The notes under the pieces: model-generated
Database searches by the model: none
What the model was told of the DNA's origin: nothing
The model's input: only the letters and a program-made list of their open reading frames with translations
NCBI GenBank assembly: GCA_964636345.1
Contig: CAZWRL010000001.1
Location: forward strand, 235 to 64,234
Source: an uncultured Gammaproteobacteria bacterium
GTDB lineage: Bacteria; Patescibacteriota; Patescibacteriia; Magasanikbacterales; JBBTXJ01
Reading direction: 5' to 3'
DNA: 64,000 bases
Made by a program: the position numbers and the translations under genes
Shown here: positions 8,085 to 17,769 of the stretch, piece by piece
Layout of the letters: each line of letters starts with the position of its first letter
How positions within the stretch are numbered: position 1 is the stretch's first letter

Positions 8085-9110
8085 ATGAAACGGGTGGTAA
8101 CGATCGGAGGAGGGAGCGGGCAGTATGTGCTTCTCTCTGGGTTGCGTGATGTGCCGTTCCTTGAAATCACGGCTATCGTGAGTACCGCGGATTCAGGCGG
8201 ATCATCGGAGATATTGCGCAGGGAGCGAGATATACTGCCGGTTGGCGACTTTCGTCGTTGTCTGGCCGCGCTTGCGACCACCGATGACGCGGATCTTCGT
8301 TTTTTCTTTATTGATGAGGGGCGATTTGGCGGCGATGGGGCGCTCGCGCAACATCCGCTCATGAACCTTGCGCTTGCGTACGGGGCGGAGAATGATGTTG
8401 GGAAATTCCTTGGCGCGCTTCAGCGCATGGAGCGGTTGCTCAAGGTTCGTGGCCATGTGTTTCCCGTTACCCTTGCCAAAGTTGACTTGTGCGCTGAATT
8501 TGAGAATCACGAGATTGTGCGCGGCGAGCATTTGATTGATAAGGGTGAGCATGCGGGAACCGGACGCATTACGCGGCTCTGGCTTGAGCGTCGTCCTGAC
8601 GGCAAGAAGGATAGGAAGCAGATCCAACCGTTTAAGACCGCGCTTCAGGCGATCAAGCAGGCGGATGTGGTGATTGTTGGACCCGGCGATCTTTTCACGA
8701 GCATTCTTCCCAACGTCGTGGTGCCTCGCGTTGCGGAGGCATTGCGCGTAGCAAAGGGAAAATTGGTGTTTGTAACGAGCATCATGACGAAGCGCGGCGA
8801 GACAAGCGGTTTTGACGCGGTGGATTTCTTCACGGTCTTTGAGCAATACATCGGCCGTGAAGTTGATTATGTGGTATGCAACACCACGATGCCTTCAGAG
8901 AAGGCCATTACGCGTTACGCCAAGCAGGAAGCCGAGCCGGTGAGTACGCTCCGCCTCCTTGAACCAGCCATTGGCCGGGATGAGGGTTGGTATCTTGGTC
9001 GTCATCTGGTGCCAACCGATCTACTCTTTGAGGAGCCGAGCGGCTTTACGCGGCATCATTCGGAGAAGCTAGCCCATGCGGTGTATCGGATTATTCATGG
9101 GTTGCTTTAG
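8085..9110 (+). CDS. YvcK/CofD-like protein (UPF0052 gluconeogenesis factor / 2-phospho-L-lactate transferase family)
   Basis: VTIGGGSG...ITAIVSTADSGGSSEILR N-terminal signature; strong SD aaggagg before the ATG. Confidence 0.7.
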   Translation: MKRVVTIGGGSGQYVLLSGLRDVPFLEITAIVSTADSGGSSEILRRERDILPVGDFRRCLAALATTDDADLRFFFIDEGRFGGDGALAQHPLMNLALAYGAENDVGKFLGALQRMERLLKVRGHVFPVTLAKVDLCAEFENHEIVRGEHLIDKGEHAGTGRITRLWLERRPDGKKDRKQIQPFKTALQAIKQADVVIVGPGDLFTSILPNVVVPRVAEALRVAKGKLVFVTSIMTKRGETSGFDAVDFFTVFEQYIGREVDYVVCNTTMPSEKAITRYAKQEAEPVSTLRLLEPAIGRDEGWYLGRHLVPTDLLFEEPSGFTRHHSEKLAHAVYRIIHGLL

Positions 9111-9120
9111 ACAGGTTGTT

Positions 9121-9150
9121 TTAGGCCTATTGTTAGGCCTTATTTTTTTT
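9121..9150 (+). terminator. Intrinsic terminator (AGGCCT stem, T8 run) after the yvcK-like gene
   Basis: aggcctattgttaggcct followed by tatttttttt. Confidence 0.5.
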
Positions 9151-9202
9151 GCTTAGTAGAGATAATTTGTTTAATTTTAGCCAAAATATTGCCGTCAGGG
9201 CT

Positions 9203-9236
9203 TGACAAAATCCTCTGGATATGGTATACTACTCTG
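9203..9236 (+). promoter_or_regulatory. Near-consensus sigma70 promoter with extended -10 (TTGACA, 17 bp, TGgTATACT)
   Basis: ttgacaaaatcctctggatatggtatact read directly. SD gagga lies ~7 nt before ATG 9291. Confidence 0.55.
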
Positions 9237-9290
9237 TTCTTTGAGAGTGGAAATAAACAACGTTGGGGCAATGCCCCGAGGAGAATGCAG

Positions 9291-9752
9291 ATGACCAGGC
9301 GTAATTGGGAGTTCGTGGCGGTGCTCGTGGTGATGACGATCGTGGTGATGCAGACGGCCGGGTGCGGGACCCAGTGGTCGGGCAGGGTCCACATCCCGGT
9401 CGGCGACGGCGGGGAGATCGGGATCGGGAGCGGTAGCGGCGTCGGCGTGGACGAGGTCTCCGAGACCATGCCCACGCCCGAGGTTCGCGGTCGCACGACC
9501 GCGCTCTACAACCCCACCTCCAACTGGAAGCGCGTGCTCATCGAGGACTCGATCGTGTCCCTCGAGCCGCACCAGAACCTGTACGTGGTTCGGAGCACCC
9601 CCTACGGGTACCAGCTCCGGATGTGCACGTACGACGGCCAGGGCGTCTACTTCCTCGGCGAGGGTTCGCTCAACGTGAGCGAGCCGCAGGGCGTGATGCA
9701 GAATCACACCTTGTCCAACACGGGCCGACCCGCCGCGGAGTGCTCCTTCTAG
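9291..9752 (+). CDS. Small GC-rich secreted lipoprotein (hypothetical)
   Basis: MQMTRRNWEFVAVLVVMTIVVMQTAGCG is a signal peptide plus lipobox. Codon usage is visibly GC-rich relative to neighbours. The 9189 start in the ORF track would sit inside the promoter. Confidence 0.5.
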   Translation: MTRRNWEFVAVLVVMTIVVMQTAGCGTQWSGRVHIPVGDGGEIGIGSGSGVGVDEVSETMPTPEVRGRTTALYNPTSNWKRVLIEDSIVSLEPHQNLYVVRSTPYGYQLRMCTYDGQGVYFLGEGSLNVSEPQGVMQNHTLSNTGRPAAECSF

Positions 9753-9771
9753 GAGCGACACGTCACGCGGC

Positions 9772-9822
9772 GCGAGGGGCCATCGGATTCTACATCCGGT
9801 GGCCCCTCTTCTTTTTTATCCC
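9772..9822 (+). terminator. Hairpin plus T-run after the lipoprotein gene
   Basis: ggggccatcgga...tccggtggcccctc followed by ttcttttttta. Confidence 0.4.
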
Positions 9823-9886
9823 CCAATATTTTAGCGACGGGGGATTTTTTGTGCTATAATTTTTGTATGTTACTTAACGTGCGTCA

Positions 9887-12670
9887 ATGACCGCACAGTT
9901 TCGTTATACAAAAGGGTTGCTTTTGGTTTTACTGCTATTTTTTAGTTTTTCAATAGTTGCTCCTGTTTACGCGGAAGCGCCGGCGGCAGGCGCTCCGGCA
10001 GCGAGTTCCAAAGATGAAGATGATGGTATCATTGCAGGCGCAGTGAAAGGTATTTTTGATTCTTTACTTGGGTTCATTGCCACCCTTTTCCTCATGGTTG
10101 CCAGTTTGCTCGCGGGTATTCTTGGCATGTTTATCTCCCTCCTTTTGAGCGTTGCCTCGTATAATAATTTTATTAACGCGGGCGGGGTTATTATCGGCTG
10201 GACGTTGACGCGCGACATTGTGAACATGTTTTTTGTCGCGGTATTTTTGGTTATCGCGCTGGGAACGATTATCGGCAAAAAGGAGTATCACATCAAAAAC
10301 GCGCTCCCCAAATTCGCGCTTGCCGCTATTCTGGTCAATTTTAGCCGGCTCATTCTTGGACTTATTATTGACGCGTCGCATGTCATCATGATGACGTTTG
10401 TCAATGCCATTCAACAGGTGGGGGGCGGTAATTTTTTGGCAGCGTTTAATATCCAAGCAAATTTTGAGCTGGCCAAAGACGCAGGGCTTTCCGGGTTTGA
10501 TCAACTACTCACGGCCATTATGAGTGTGCTTTTGGTTTTTATTGCCACGGTTATTGTGGGAATGTTCGCGCTCATGCTCGTTATGCGAATGGTTGGACTC
10601 TGGATATTAATTGCCGTGTCGCCCCTTGCGTTTTTTTTGCGGAGCTTGGATTCAAAAAGTTTTCAAAAATACTACGGTGATTGGGAGGGAAAGTTTAAGG
10701 TAAATGTTTTGATGGGACCGGTGATTGCATTTTTTTTGTGGCTTGCGCTTGCCATGTCGCAAGGCGGTAAATTATATTCCAGCGAGGTAAAGGGTGCATC
10801 GGACGCGGAAGCGCAAAAGAATTTGGAAGGAAAACCCGGACTGGTTGGTTCTACCATTTCTACCATTGAGGGTTTGAGTTCGTTTATTATTTCAGCGGCG
10901 TTGTTTTTGTTTGCGTATCAACAAGCGCAACAATTTGCCAAAGAGAGCGGTATACCGGGAATGGATAAGCTGGTGGGTAAGGCGGGTGATTTTATGAAGA
11001 AGGGCGCCAAGTATGTGAGCGGATATAAGGCGGCGCGCGCGGTTGGGTCATACACGGTAGGCGCCGGAGCGCGCTGGGCGTTGCGTGCGGGAGCCGGATT
11101 GGCGCGCGGTGCAGTGGGGCTTGGTAAAGTGGTTGCTGGCGGATATGCTGCTGGTGGTATGCGTGGCGCGGCGGGTGCACTTGGCGGTGCGGCGGCTGGC
11201 GCAGCACGCGCACTGCCTGGCGCAGCCATGGGAGCGGTTCGTGCGGCGGCCGTAGTTGGCGGATTGAAGGGCGCGGGTATCGCGCTTGCCGCTGGTGCCG
11301 CTGGTCTTGGCGCGACTGCAGCTGCGGGAATCAAGGGTAAACTTGGTGAAGTTGCCTCAAAGGATATAGAGAAGTTTGGCAAGGTTGACTCCAATTTGTC
11401 TAATGATCAGTTGTCTGATGTGATGCGAAGAGGCGGCGCGCGCGGTCAGGCGGCAGGATTGTCACTTGCAAAGCGCGGGTATCAATTTACAGAGACAGAG
11501 GCCAAGACAATGCAGGCATTGCTTGCCGGCAATGGGCCATCTGAAAAACAATTTAAGGATAGCTTAAAGAAAAGTGCGCCGCATCTTGCGTATGATCTTT
11601 CCGATCCGAAAAAACGCAAAGAAATGTTGCGTGATCCGGAAGTGCAAACGAATAATCTGCCACGCGAAGCGTTTGAAGGGCCACATGGCGAAGCGCTCAT
11701 GAGTGATATGCTTGAAGATTTGGGTTCAAAGGGTCTTGGTAAACAAATTAATAGTTTGCGTAACCCTGACGCGCGCAAGGCGGCGCTCAATGTGATGCGT
11801 ACCTCCACCATCCCCACCGCCTTTCGTGAGCGTGGTACGCATGTGGCGCGGCTTGGCGCAACAACCGACACTACCGCAGGGACTGTTCACGGTGAACTCC
11901 ACATGAAACGCGCCGCGCTTGCGGCGCTTCCCGCGGGTAATACGATGACGAATCGGCAGAAAAAGATTGATCTTGAGCGTGATATACGCAAGCTTGAGGG
12001 TGAAAAAAGCGCGCTTGAAACACGGGTGAGTGCCGGTGTTGATCTTGCCAAGTTGCACGCTCAAGAGACAGGTCGGCCAGATCAGACGGTTGCTTCTTTG
12101 TCATCTGCCGAGCAAGCATCGCTTCTACCCGATCTTGTTCAAGAAGTAGGAGTTGGGGGCTTGAAACCTGAAGCGCTCCAGAATCCTGAAGTGTTGGCGG
12201 CAATTGAGAAAACTGCTGGTGATCGGTTTGGCGATGCCATGAAAAAGTTGGATCCGGAAAAGATGCGGGTGGTTGTAACGGCGGTTGCCAATATTAATAG
12301 CGTCTCTGCCCCACCAGAGCAGGTGCGTGTTAAGGTGCGGGTATCCGGTGATTTTACCGGCGTTGAGGCAAATCCAGAGCGCGCTGTCATTATACAACAA
12401 GCAGTTTCAGTTATGAATTCTCGCGAATTGGCGCAGGTTAAATTAGATACACTGGGCGGCACGAGAGATGATTTTTATAGTGCGTTGACGCAGAATCCTG
12501 GGGCGGTTAGGGGATTGAATCGGGCGGAGGGGATGAGTCAAGCAAAACTTGATGAAATTGAAGCCGAGGTCAAAAAACGTGCCGTCACCGATCCCGCAAA
12601 ATTTGGTGCGCTTGCGAAGGAAATAGGCAGTTGGAATAAAGGAAAGGGTGGCGGAGGGCGAGGACCCTAA
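9887..12670 (+). CDS. VirB6/TrbL-like polytopic membrane protein with a long Gly/Ala-rich and coiled-coil C-terminal extension (T4SS-like channel component)
   Basis: Signal peptide, at least 6 TM helices in the first ~330 aa, a low-complexity GA-rich region, and a C-terminal charged/coiled-coil segment. Position ahead of VirB3/VirB4-like genes. Confidence 0.5.
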   Translation: MTAQFRYTKGLLLVLLLFFSFSIVAPVYAEAPAAGAPAASSKDEDDGIIAGAVKGIFDSLLGFIATLFLMVASLLAGILGMFISLLLSVASYNNFINAGGVIIGWTLTRDIVNMFFVAVFLVIALGTIIGKKEYHIKNALPKFALAAILVNFSRLILGLIIDASHVIMMTFVNAIQQVGGGNFLAAFNIQANFELAKDAGLSGFDQLLTAIMSVLLVFIATVIVGMFALMLVMRMVGLWILIAVSPLAFFLRSLDSKSFQKYYGDWEGKFKVNVLMGPVIAFFLWLALAMSQGGKLYSSEVKGASDAEAQKNLEGKPGLVGSTISTIEGLSSFIISAALFLFAYQQAQQFAKESGIPGMDKLVGKAGDFMKKGAKYVSGYKAARAVGSYTVGAGARWALRAGAGLARGAVGLGKVVAGGYAAGGMRGAAGALGGAAAGAARALPGAAMGAVRAAAVVGGLKGAGIALAAGAAGLGATAAAGIKGKLGEVASKDIEKFGKVDSNLSNDQLSDVMRRGGARGQAAGLSLAKRGYQFTETEAKTMQALLAGNGPSEKQFKDSLKKSAPHLAYDLSDPKKRKEMLRDPEVQTNNLPREAFEGPHGEALMSDMLEDLGSKGLGKQINSLRNPDARKAALNVMRTSTIPTAFRERGTHVARLGATTDTTAGTVHGELHMKRAALAALPAGNTMTNRQKKIDLERDIRKLEGEKSALETRVSAGVDLAKLHAQETGRPDQTVASLSSAEQASLLPDLVQEVGVGGLKPEALQNPEVLAAIEKTAGDRFGDAMKKLDPEKMRVVVTAVANINSVSAPPEQVRVKVRVSGDFTGVEANPERAVIIQQAVSVMNSRELAQVKLDTLGGTRDDFYSALTQNPGAVRGLNRAEGMSQAKLDEIEAEVKKRAVTDPAKFGALAKEIGSWNKGKGGGGRGP

Positions 12671-12679
12671 ATTTACGGT

Positions 12680-13984
12680 ATGATTCATTTTACTCCACAA
12701 AAGGTTGAAGAGCTTACCGCAAAAGCGTTGCCAAAGGCGCGTGAGCAGGCGGCTGTTTTGGTTCCCGTTGTTACGGCAACGGTTGGTGGTTTGATTGATA
12801 ATTCCACGCGGGCAAAGACACTCGGGAAGATGTTTGGGTGGGCTGCGCTTGGGGGCGCGAATTATCTGCGTGACATGCCGCAAGAAATTATTGAAACATT
12901 CGGCACGGCGGAAGATGTGGCGTATACCTTGTGTGACCGCGTGCTTGAGGCGCATGGTGATTTATTTAAACCGTTTGTTGAACATATTGATGCCATTCGC
13001 CGGCCATGGCAGGCGAAAGTGAAACAGGATGTGATGAAGGAGCGTGCTGCGGATGGGCCGGGAGCAGTGATTGCGCCGACGGTGGTATTGCCAGTGATTG
13101 CGCCGCTTGAAGAGGCGCCGGTGAATGGCGGTTTGAAACATCAAGATATTGCTGATCGGGTGAATGCGCGTTTGGCAATGGTGGAACAGTTGGCTGGCGT
13201 GACATTTACTAATCCCGACATGGCGGAACGCTTTCGCCATGCGTTGCGCTGCGCGCTTGGTGGCGTGAAAAAGTTGGATGAGGTGGCGCGACAACTTGCG
13301 CTGGTGCCGGATCGCGGCGGACTCGGCATGGGACAGGAGGAAGTGCAGGAGATTGTTGGTTTGCTTGAACGGCTTCATGCCAAAGAAGCGGAACAAGCAG
13401 AGCGGGCGCAGATGAAAAAACCAGAAACGCCGAAGAGTATGTTGCCGATGGTGGTTGGCGAGATTGCTTCATCATCTTTACCCTTCGACTCCGCTTCGCT
13501 TCGCTCAGGGACAAATATTACTCGCAATGACACGTCTCAAAAACTTGATGAATTGATTCAACAAAGCGCGGCGAATGATTCAGTTGATCTTTCGGCACTT
13601 GCTACCGGCGGCGCGGATCTTGCGGCGTCGCGCAAAATGCATGATGTGATTGCCCGGCCGCTTACCATGGGGCCGCTTGAAGAATTGCGCACGCTTGATG
13701 TGACGGATTTCAGACGTTTGGCAACCAAAGCCGGCGCGGCAGTGGATAAAATTAAACAAAAATTGGAATTATTGCGTGACGATGGCGTTGACCGGTACGC
13801 GGCGGGCATTAAGGCGTGGCGCGGAAGCCCGCTCTACTTTCTGTATGTGGATATGGTGCAGGAAGGATTGGTGGAAGGGCGCGCGCTGGAAGATATCGCC
13901 GCGTCAGATACCAATGATCCGGAGCGTTTAAGTGGCGAAGAACTGAAAAGTATAGTAGAATTAAATAAGTCATTACGATTTTAA
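12680..13984 (+). CDS. Hypothetical soluble protein (434 aa) inside the T4SS-like cluster
   Basis: ORF packed tightly between the VirB6-like and PrgI-like genes; no recognisable motifs. Confidence 0.45.
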   Translation: MIHFTPQKVEELTAKALPKAREQAAVLVPVVTATVGGLIDNSTRAKTLGKMFGWAALGGANYLRDMPQEIIETFGTAEDVAYTLCDRVLEAHGDLFKPFVEHIDAIRRPWQAKVKQDVMKERAADGPGAVIAPTVVLPVIAPLEEAPVNGGLKHQDIADRVNARLAMVEQLAGVTFTNPDMAERFRHALRCALGGVKKLDEVARQLALVPDRGGLGMGQEEVQEIVGLLERLHAKEAEQAERAQMKKPETPKSMLPMVVGEIASSSLPFDSASLRSGTNITRNDTSQKLDELIQQSAANDSVDLSALATGGADLAASRKMHDVIARPLTMGPLEELRTLDVTDFRRLATKAGAAVDKIKQKLELLRDDGVDRYAAGIKAWRGSPLYFLYVDMVQEGLVEGRALEDIAASDTNDPERLSGEELKSIVELNKSLRF

Positions 13985-13986
13985 GT

Positions 13987-14427
13987 GTGCCACAACAGTT
14001 CGCGGTGCCACAATTTATTGACGCGGAAGATAAAATTATGGGGCCGGTAACGGTGCGCCAGTTTTTAATTCTGATTGTAGCCGCGCTCGGGGCGTTTATC
14101 ATCTGGAAGCTCGCGACGTTTTGGCTCGCGATTGTGCTGGCGGTGTTATGGTTTATTCTCGCGGTTGTGGTCGCATTTGTAAAAATTAACGGGCAGAATT
14201 TTCATGTTTTTTTGTTAAGTTTTGTGCGTACGCTGGTGAAGCCGAATCTCCGCGTGTGGAAGAAAGATTACACAAAAGAGGAATTAACCGCTTTGATGCA
14301 GATGGCGCCCAAGGTAGTGGTTAAAGAAGCGGCGGTTCAGAAAGAACGGGTGGCGCGCGGACGTTTGAGTGAATTATCGCTCACGGTTAATTCCGGCGGC
14401 GCGTTTGATCCAAAGGATTACGAATAG
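13987..14427 (+). CDS. PrgI/VirB3-like small two-TM membrane protein
   Basis: 146 aa with two adjacent TM helices, immediately upstream of VirB4 (conserved VirB3-VirB4 synteny); GTG start. Confidence 0.45.
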   Translation: MPQQFAVPQFIDAEDKIMGPVTVRQFLILIVAALGAFIIWKLATFWLAIVLAVLWFILAVVVAFVKINGQNFHVFLLSFVRTLVKPNLRVWKKDYTKEELTALMQMAPKVVVKEAAVQKERVARGRLSELSLTVNSGGAFDPKDYE

Positions 14428-14428
14428 T

Positions 14429-15118
14429 ATGGCAAAACCCCCCAAAACTTCCATTCCTTCTACCCAGCGATACCTGGACATTGCGGCGATTCGCGATGGG
14501 GTGATTGTTATGCGTGATGGGACGCTTCGCGCGGTGTTGATGGTTTCAAGTATCAACTTTGCGTTGAAATCCGAGCAAGAACAGGAGGCGCTGGTGGGAA
14601 GTTATGTGAGTTTTTTGAATACGCTGGAATATCCGATTCAAATTGTGGTGCAATCGCGCAAGATGAATATTGACGCGTATCTACAGTTGCTCAAGGAGCA
14701 AGAGCAAAAGCAAACCAATGAATTATTGCGCGCGCAAATTCAGGATTATCGCGCGTTTGTGGTTGATTTGGTGGAACTGGGGGAAATTATGCAGAAACGA
14801 TTTTTTGTGGTGCTTGCGTATGATCCGGCGGCGAACATTAAAAAGGGGTTCCTGACGCGGCTGAAAGATGCGATGGCGCCCGCGAAAGTTATTAAAATGA
14901 AGGAAAAACAATTTAATGAACGGCGGCAGGATTTGCAGATGCGGGTTGACGGGGTGAGCAGCAGTTTGCAGGGGATGAGTTTAAAAGTGGTGCAATTGGA
15001 TACGCAAGGGCTCATTGAATTATTTTATAACATTTATAATCCGGTCACCGCGCCACAAGAAGAGCTCACTGATATCGGCAAGTTGCAGGTTGAGGAAGAA
15101 CCGGCGTTTGCTCCGTAA
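14429..15118 (+). CDS. VirB4/TrbE/CagE-family ATPase, N-terminal fragment, ended by an in-frame TAA
   Basis: N-terminal VirB4 signature (IRDGVIVMRDGTLRAVLMVSSINFALKSEQEQEALVGSYVSFLNTLEYPIQIVVQ). Same frame as 15122..17197, separated only by TAA plus one codon. Confidence 0.6.
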   Translation: MAKPPKTSIPSTQRYLDIAAIRDGVIVMRDGTLRAVLMVSSINFALKSEQEQEALVGSYVSFLNTLEYPIQIVVQSRKMNIDAYLQLLKEQEQKQTNELLRAQIQDYRAFVVDLVELGEIMQKRFFVVLAYDPAANIKKGFLTRLKDAMAPAKVIKMKEKQFNERRQDLQMRVDGVSSSLQGMSLKVVQLDTQGLIELFYNIYNPVTAPQEELTDIGKLQVEEEPAFAP

Positions 15119-15121
15119 TCT

Positions 15122-17197
15122 ATGGCATTTAAACCCGTACAATCTGGCGCGCTTGGAGCTACCGAACAGGTAAAGAATGTTGGGGCGGCATTAAAGACCA
15201 AAGCGGAGCATGAGGAGGCGACGCAGCAGGCGGCTGTTGACAAATCGCTTTCCGTGTTGCAGGAAGAGCGTGTGTACCGTGAGGGCGCGGTTTCGGTGCG
15301 CGATATTATCGCGCCGGCGGCGTTTAAGGTTGATCCCGGCATGGTGCATCTTGGGGATACGGTGCTCCGCACGATGTATGTGGTGACCTATCCGCGCTTC
15401 ATTAGTATTGGCTGGTTCACGCCGATTATCAACATGAATGTCACGGTTGACATTTCCATGTATTTTTATCCGATGAAATCCGAGATTGTGCTGAAGCAAC
15501 TGAAGAAAAAGGTGGGAACGCTAGAGGCAGAAATAAGTGCGGCGCGTGAGAAGGGGATGCCGCGTGATCCCGCGGCCGAGACCGCCATTGGTGACGTTGA
15601 ACGTTTGCGTGATTCATTAACGCAGGGCACCGAACATTTTTTCCAATTTGCGTTGTATGTCACCGTGTACGGCAAGGATCTGGAAACGTTAAATAAGGTC
15701 TCTGAACAGGTTGAATCCGTGTTTGCGAGTTCTTTGATTTACACGCGTCGTGTATTATATCAGGCGGAGCAAGGATTTAATTCAACCCTGCCGCTTGCCA
15801 ATGATGAATTGCAGGTCGCGTTTAACATGAATTCATCGCCGATTGCGTCGTCGTTTCCGTTCATGTCAAGCGATCTGACGTCTGACAGCGGCATTTTGTA
15901 TGGGATCAATCGGCACAATAACAGTTTGATTATTTTTGACCGTTTCAGTTTGCCGAACGCGAACGGGATTGTGTTTGCCACGTCCGGCGCGGGTAAAAGT
16001 TACGCGGTGAAATTGGAAATTTTGCGGACACTCATGATGGGCGTTGACGTTATTGTGATTGACCCTGAAATGGAGTACAAAAATTTGTCTGACGCGGTGG
16101 GCGGTTCGTATGTTAATTTGTCGCTTGCGTCAGAGAGCAAACTTAATCCGTTTGATTTGCCGCGTCCCACCACCGGCGATGCTACCACTGAAGATATTAT
16201 TCGGAGCGCGGTGATTACCACCAAAGGAATCTTGCGCGTGATGCTGGGGCAATTTTCCGTTCAGGAGGATTCATTGCTTGACCGCGCGCTATTGGAAACC
16301 TACGCCAAAAAAGATATTACGGCTGATTCTGATTTAACTAAATTGGGCCCCACCGACATGCCCATTTTGACTGACTTGCAGGATATTTTGGAGGGCATGA
16401 CCGATTCAAAAGATCTGGTTGAAAAATTGAAGAAGTATACGGAAGGCACGTTTTCCGGTTTGTTAAATTCCTACACTAATATCACGATGAATAATTTACT
16501 CGTGGTATTCAGTGTGCGTGATTTGGAAGATGAATTGCGGCCGGTGGGGATTTTCACGATTGTAAATTATATTTGGAATGTGGTGCGCTCCGAGCGAAAG
16601 AAGCGCGTGCTGGTGGTTGATGAGGCGTGGTGGCTCATGCAACATGAGGATTCCGCGCGGTTTATTTTCACGCTCGCGAAACGTTGTCGTAAATATTTTT
16701 TGGGCATTACCACCATCACGCAGGATGTGGCCGACTTTTTGGGGTCGCAGTACGGACGCGCGATTGTGACGAACTCGCAGATGCAATTGTTGTTGAAGCA
16801 ATCAACGGCCTCCGTAGATAAATTGGTTGAGGTTTTTATGTTAACGCAGGGCGAGAAGTTTTTACTGTTGGAGTCAGGAGTGGGCGAGGGTATTTTCTTT
16901 GCCGGACCGCGTCACGCCGCGATTAAAATTATTGCTTCCTATAATGAGGATAAATTGGTAACGACGAATCCGGAGCAGTTGCTCGCGATTGATAAATCCA
17001 AAAAAGCGTTTAAGGAGATGATACAAACAAAAGAGACGACGCCAGCGGCGAGTGCTCCCGCACCAGAACCGGCGCCTAAGGAAGAGCCGAAAGAAGAGCC
17101 GAAAGAAATGGCAGTGGAAACACCGGCTGAAGTAGTGGCCGTGGCACCGGAAGCCGTGGTTGCGCCTGCACCGGCGCCGGAAGCGCCTAAAACATAA
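15122..17197 (+). CDS. VirB4/TrbE/CagE-family ATPase, main body with Walker A and B
   Basis: Walker A FATSGAGKSY, Walker B RVLVVDEAWWLM, and a Pro/Glu-rich C-terminal tail. Confidence 0.75.
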   Translation: MAFKPVQSGALGATEQVKNVGAALKTKAEHEEATQQAAVDKSLSVLQEERVYREGAVSVRDIIAPAAFKVDPGMVHLGDTVLRTMYVVTYPRFISIGWFTPIINMNVTVDISMYFYPMKSEIVLKQLKKKVGTLEAEISAAREKGMPRDPAAETAIGDVERLRDSLTQGTEHFFQFALYVTVYGKDLETLNKVSEQVESVFASSLIYTRRVLYQAEQGFNSTLPLANDELQVAFNMNSSPIASSFPFMSSDLTSDSGILYGINRHNNSLIIFDRFSLPNANGIVFATSGAGKSYAVKLEILRTLMMGVDVIVIDPEMEYKNLSDAVGGSYVNLSLASESKLNPFDLPRPTTGDATTEDIIRSAVITTKGILRVMLGQFSVQEDSLLDRALLETYAKKDITADSDLTKLGPTDMPILTDLQDILEGMTDSKDLVEKLKKYTEGTFSGLLNSYTNITMNNLLVVFSVRDLEDELRPVGIFTIVNYIWNVVRSERKKRVLVVDEAWWLMQHEDSARFIFTLAKRCRKYFLGITTITQDVADFLGSQYGRAIVTNSQMQLLLKQSTASVDKLVEVFMLTQGEKFLLLESGVGEGIFFAGPRHAAIKIIASYNEDKLVTTNPEQLLAIDKSKKAFKEMIQTKETTPAASAPAPEPAPKEEPKEEPKEMAVETPAEVVAVAPEAVVAPAPAPEAPKT

Positions 17198-17202
17198 CGC
17201 CT

Positions 17203-17769
17203 ATGCTTTTTACTGAACGACGCCCACTCATGATTGGACTTATCGTGTTATCCGCGGTTGTGGTTGTGGTGGTTGTGATTTTTATTGTTCGTTTTGCGCG
17301 GAGTGGCGACTCGGGCGGAGAAGCAGTCAAGCCGACACCTGCTAAAATAGCTGGTACATCATCGGATGGCGCGGTGGTGCCACCAAAAGATTTTGATAAA
17401 CAAACGGTTGAAAGTTTGGCTCGTCTTTTTGTTGAACGGATTGGCAGTTATTCAAATCAGAGTAATTTTCAAAATTTGAATGATGTGGCAAGTTTGCTGA
17501 CGCCACGAGCGCGTACGTGGGCCGATGGTTTGAAGAAAACGCAAGATACCAGCGCGGGGTATCGCGGGATAACGACAAAAGCGTTGACCGCGGAGACCAC
17601 TGACTGGAAACCACGTGAGAGCGCGCGCGTGCGTATTGCAACGCAACGACAGGAGGAGCGTGATGGTGCCTTGCCACAGTTGCAGTATCAGGATGCTGAA
17701 GTGCGCTTGGTTTTTCAGGGTGACTCGTGGCTGGTTGATGAAATGGTATGGAAGGATGTTCAGCCATGA
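17203..17769 (+). CDS. Bitopic membrane protein (one N-terminal TM plus a ~150-aa extracytoplasmic domain); possible VirB8-like T4SS component
   Basis: Single TM (IGLIVLSAVVVVVVVIFIV). The VirB8 call rests on position only. Confidence 0.35.
   Translation: MLFTERRPLMIGLIVLSAVVVVVVVIFIVRFARSGDSGGEAVKPTPAKIAGTSSDGAVVPPKDFDKQTVESLARLFVERIGSYSNQSNFQNLNDVASLLTPRARTWADGLKKTQDTSAGYRGITTKALTAETTDWKPRESARVRIATQRQEERDGALPQLQYQDAEVRLVFQGDSWLVDEMVWKDVQP

Noticed and set aside
10918-11394. Ala/Pro-rich minus-strand ORFs (10918..11394, 10992..11213) opposite the VirB6-like gene
   Set aside because: Antisense translation of the GC-rich Gly/Ala low-complexity region, with no start context.
15116-15118. Idea that TAA is reassigned or read through genome-wide (alternative genetic code)
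   Set aside because: TAA, TAG and TGA each terminate multiple motif-supported genes in the window at the expected protein lengths, e.g. TAA after VirB4 at 17197, TAG after yvcK, TGA after glpX. The in-frame TAA is therefore a local event.
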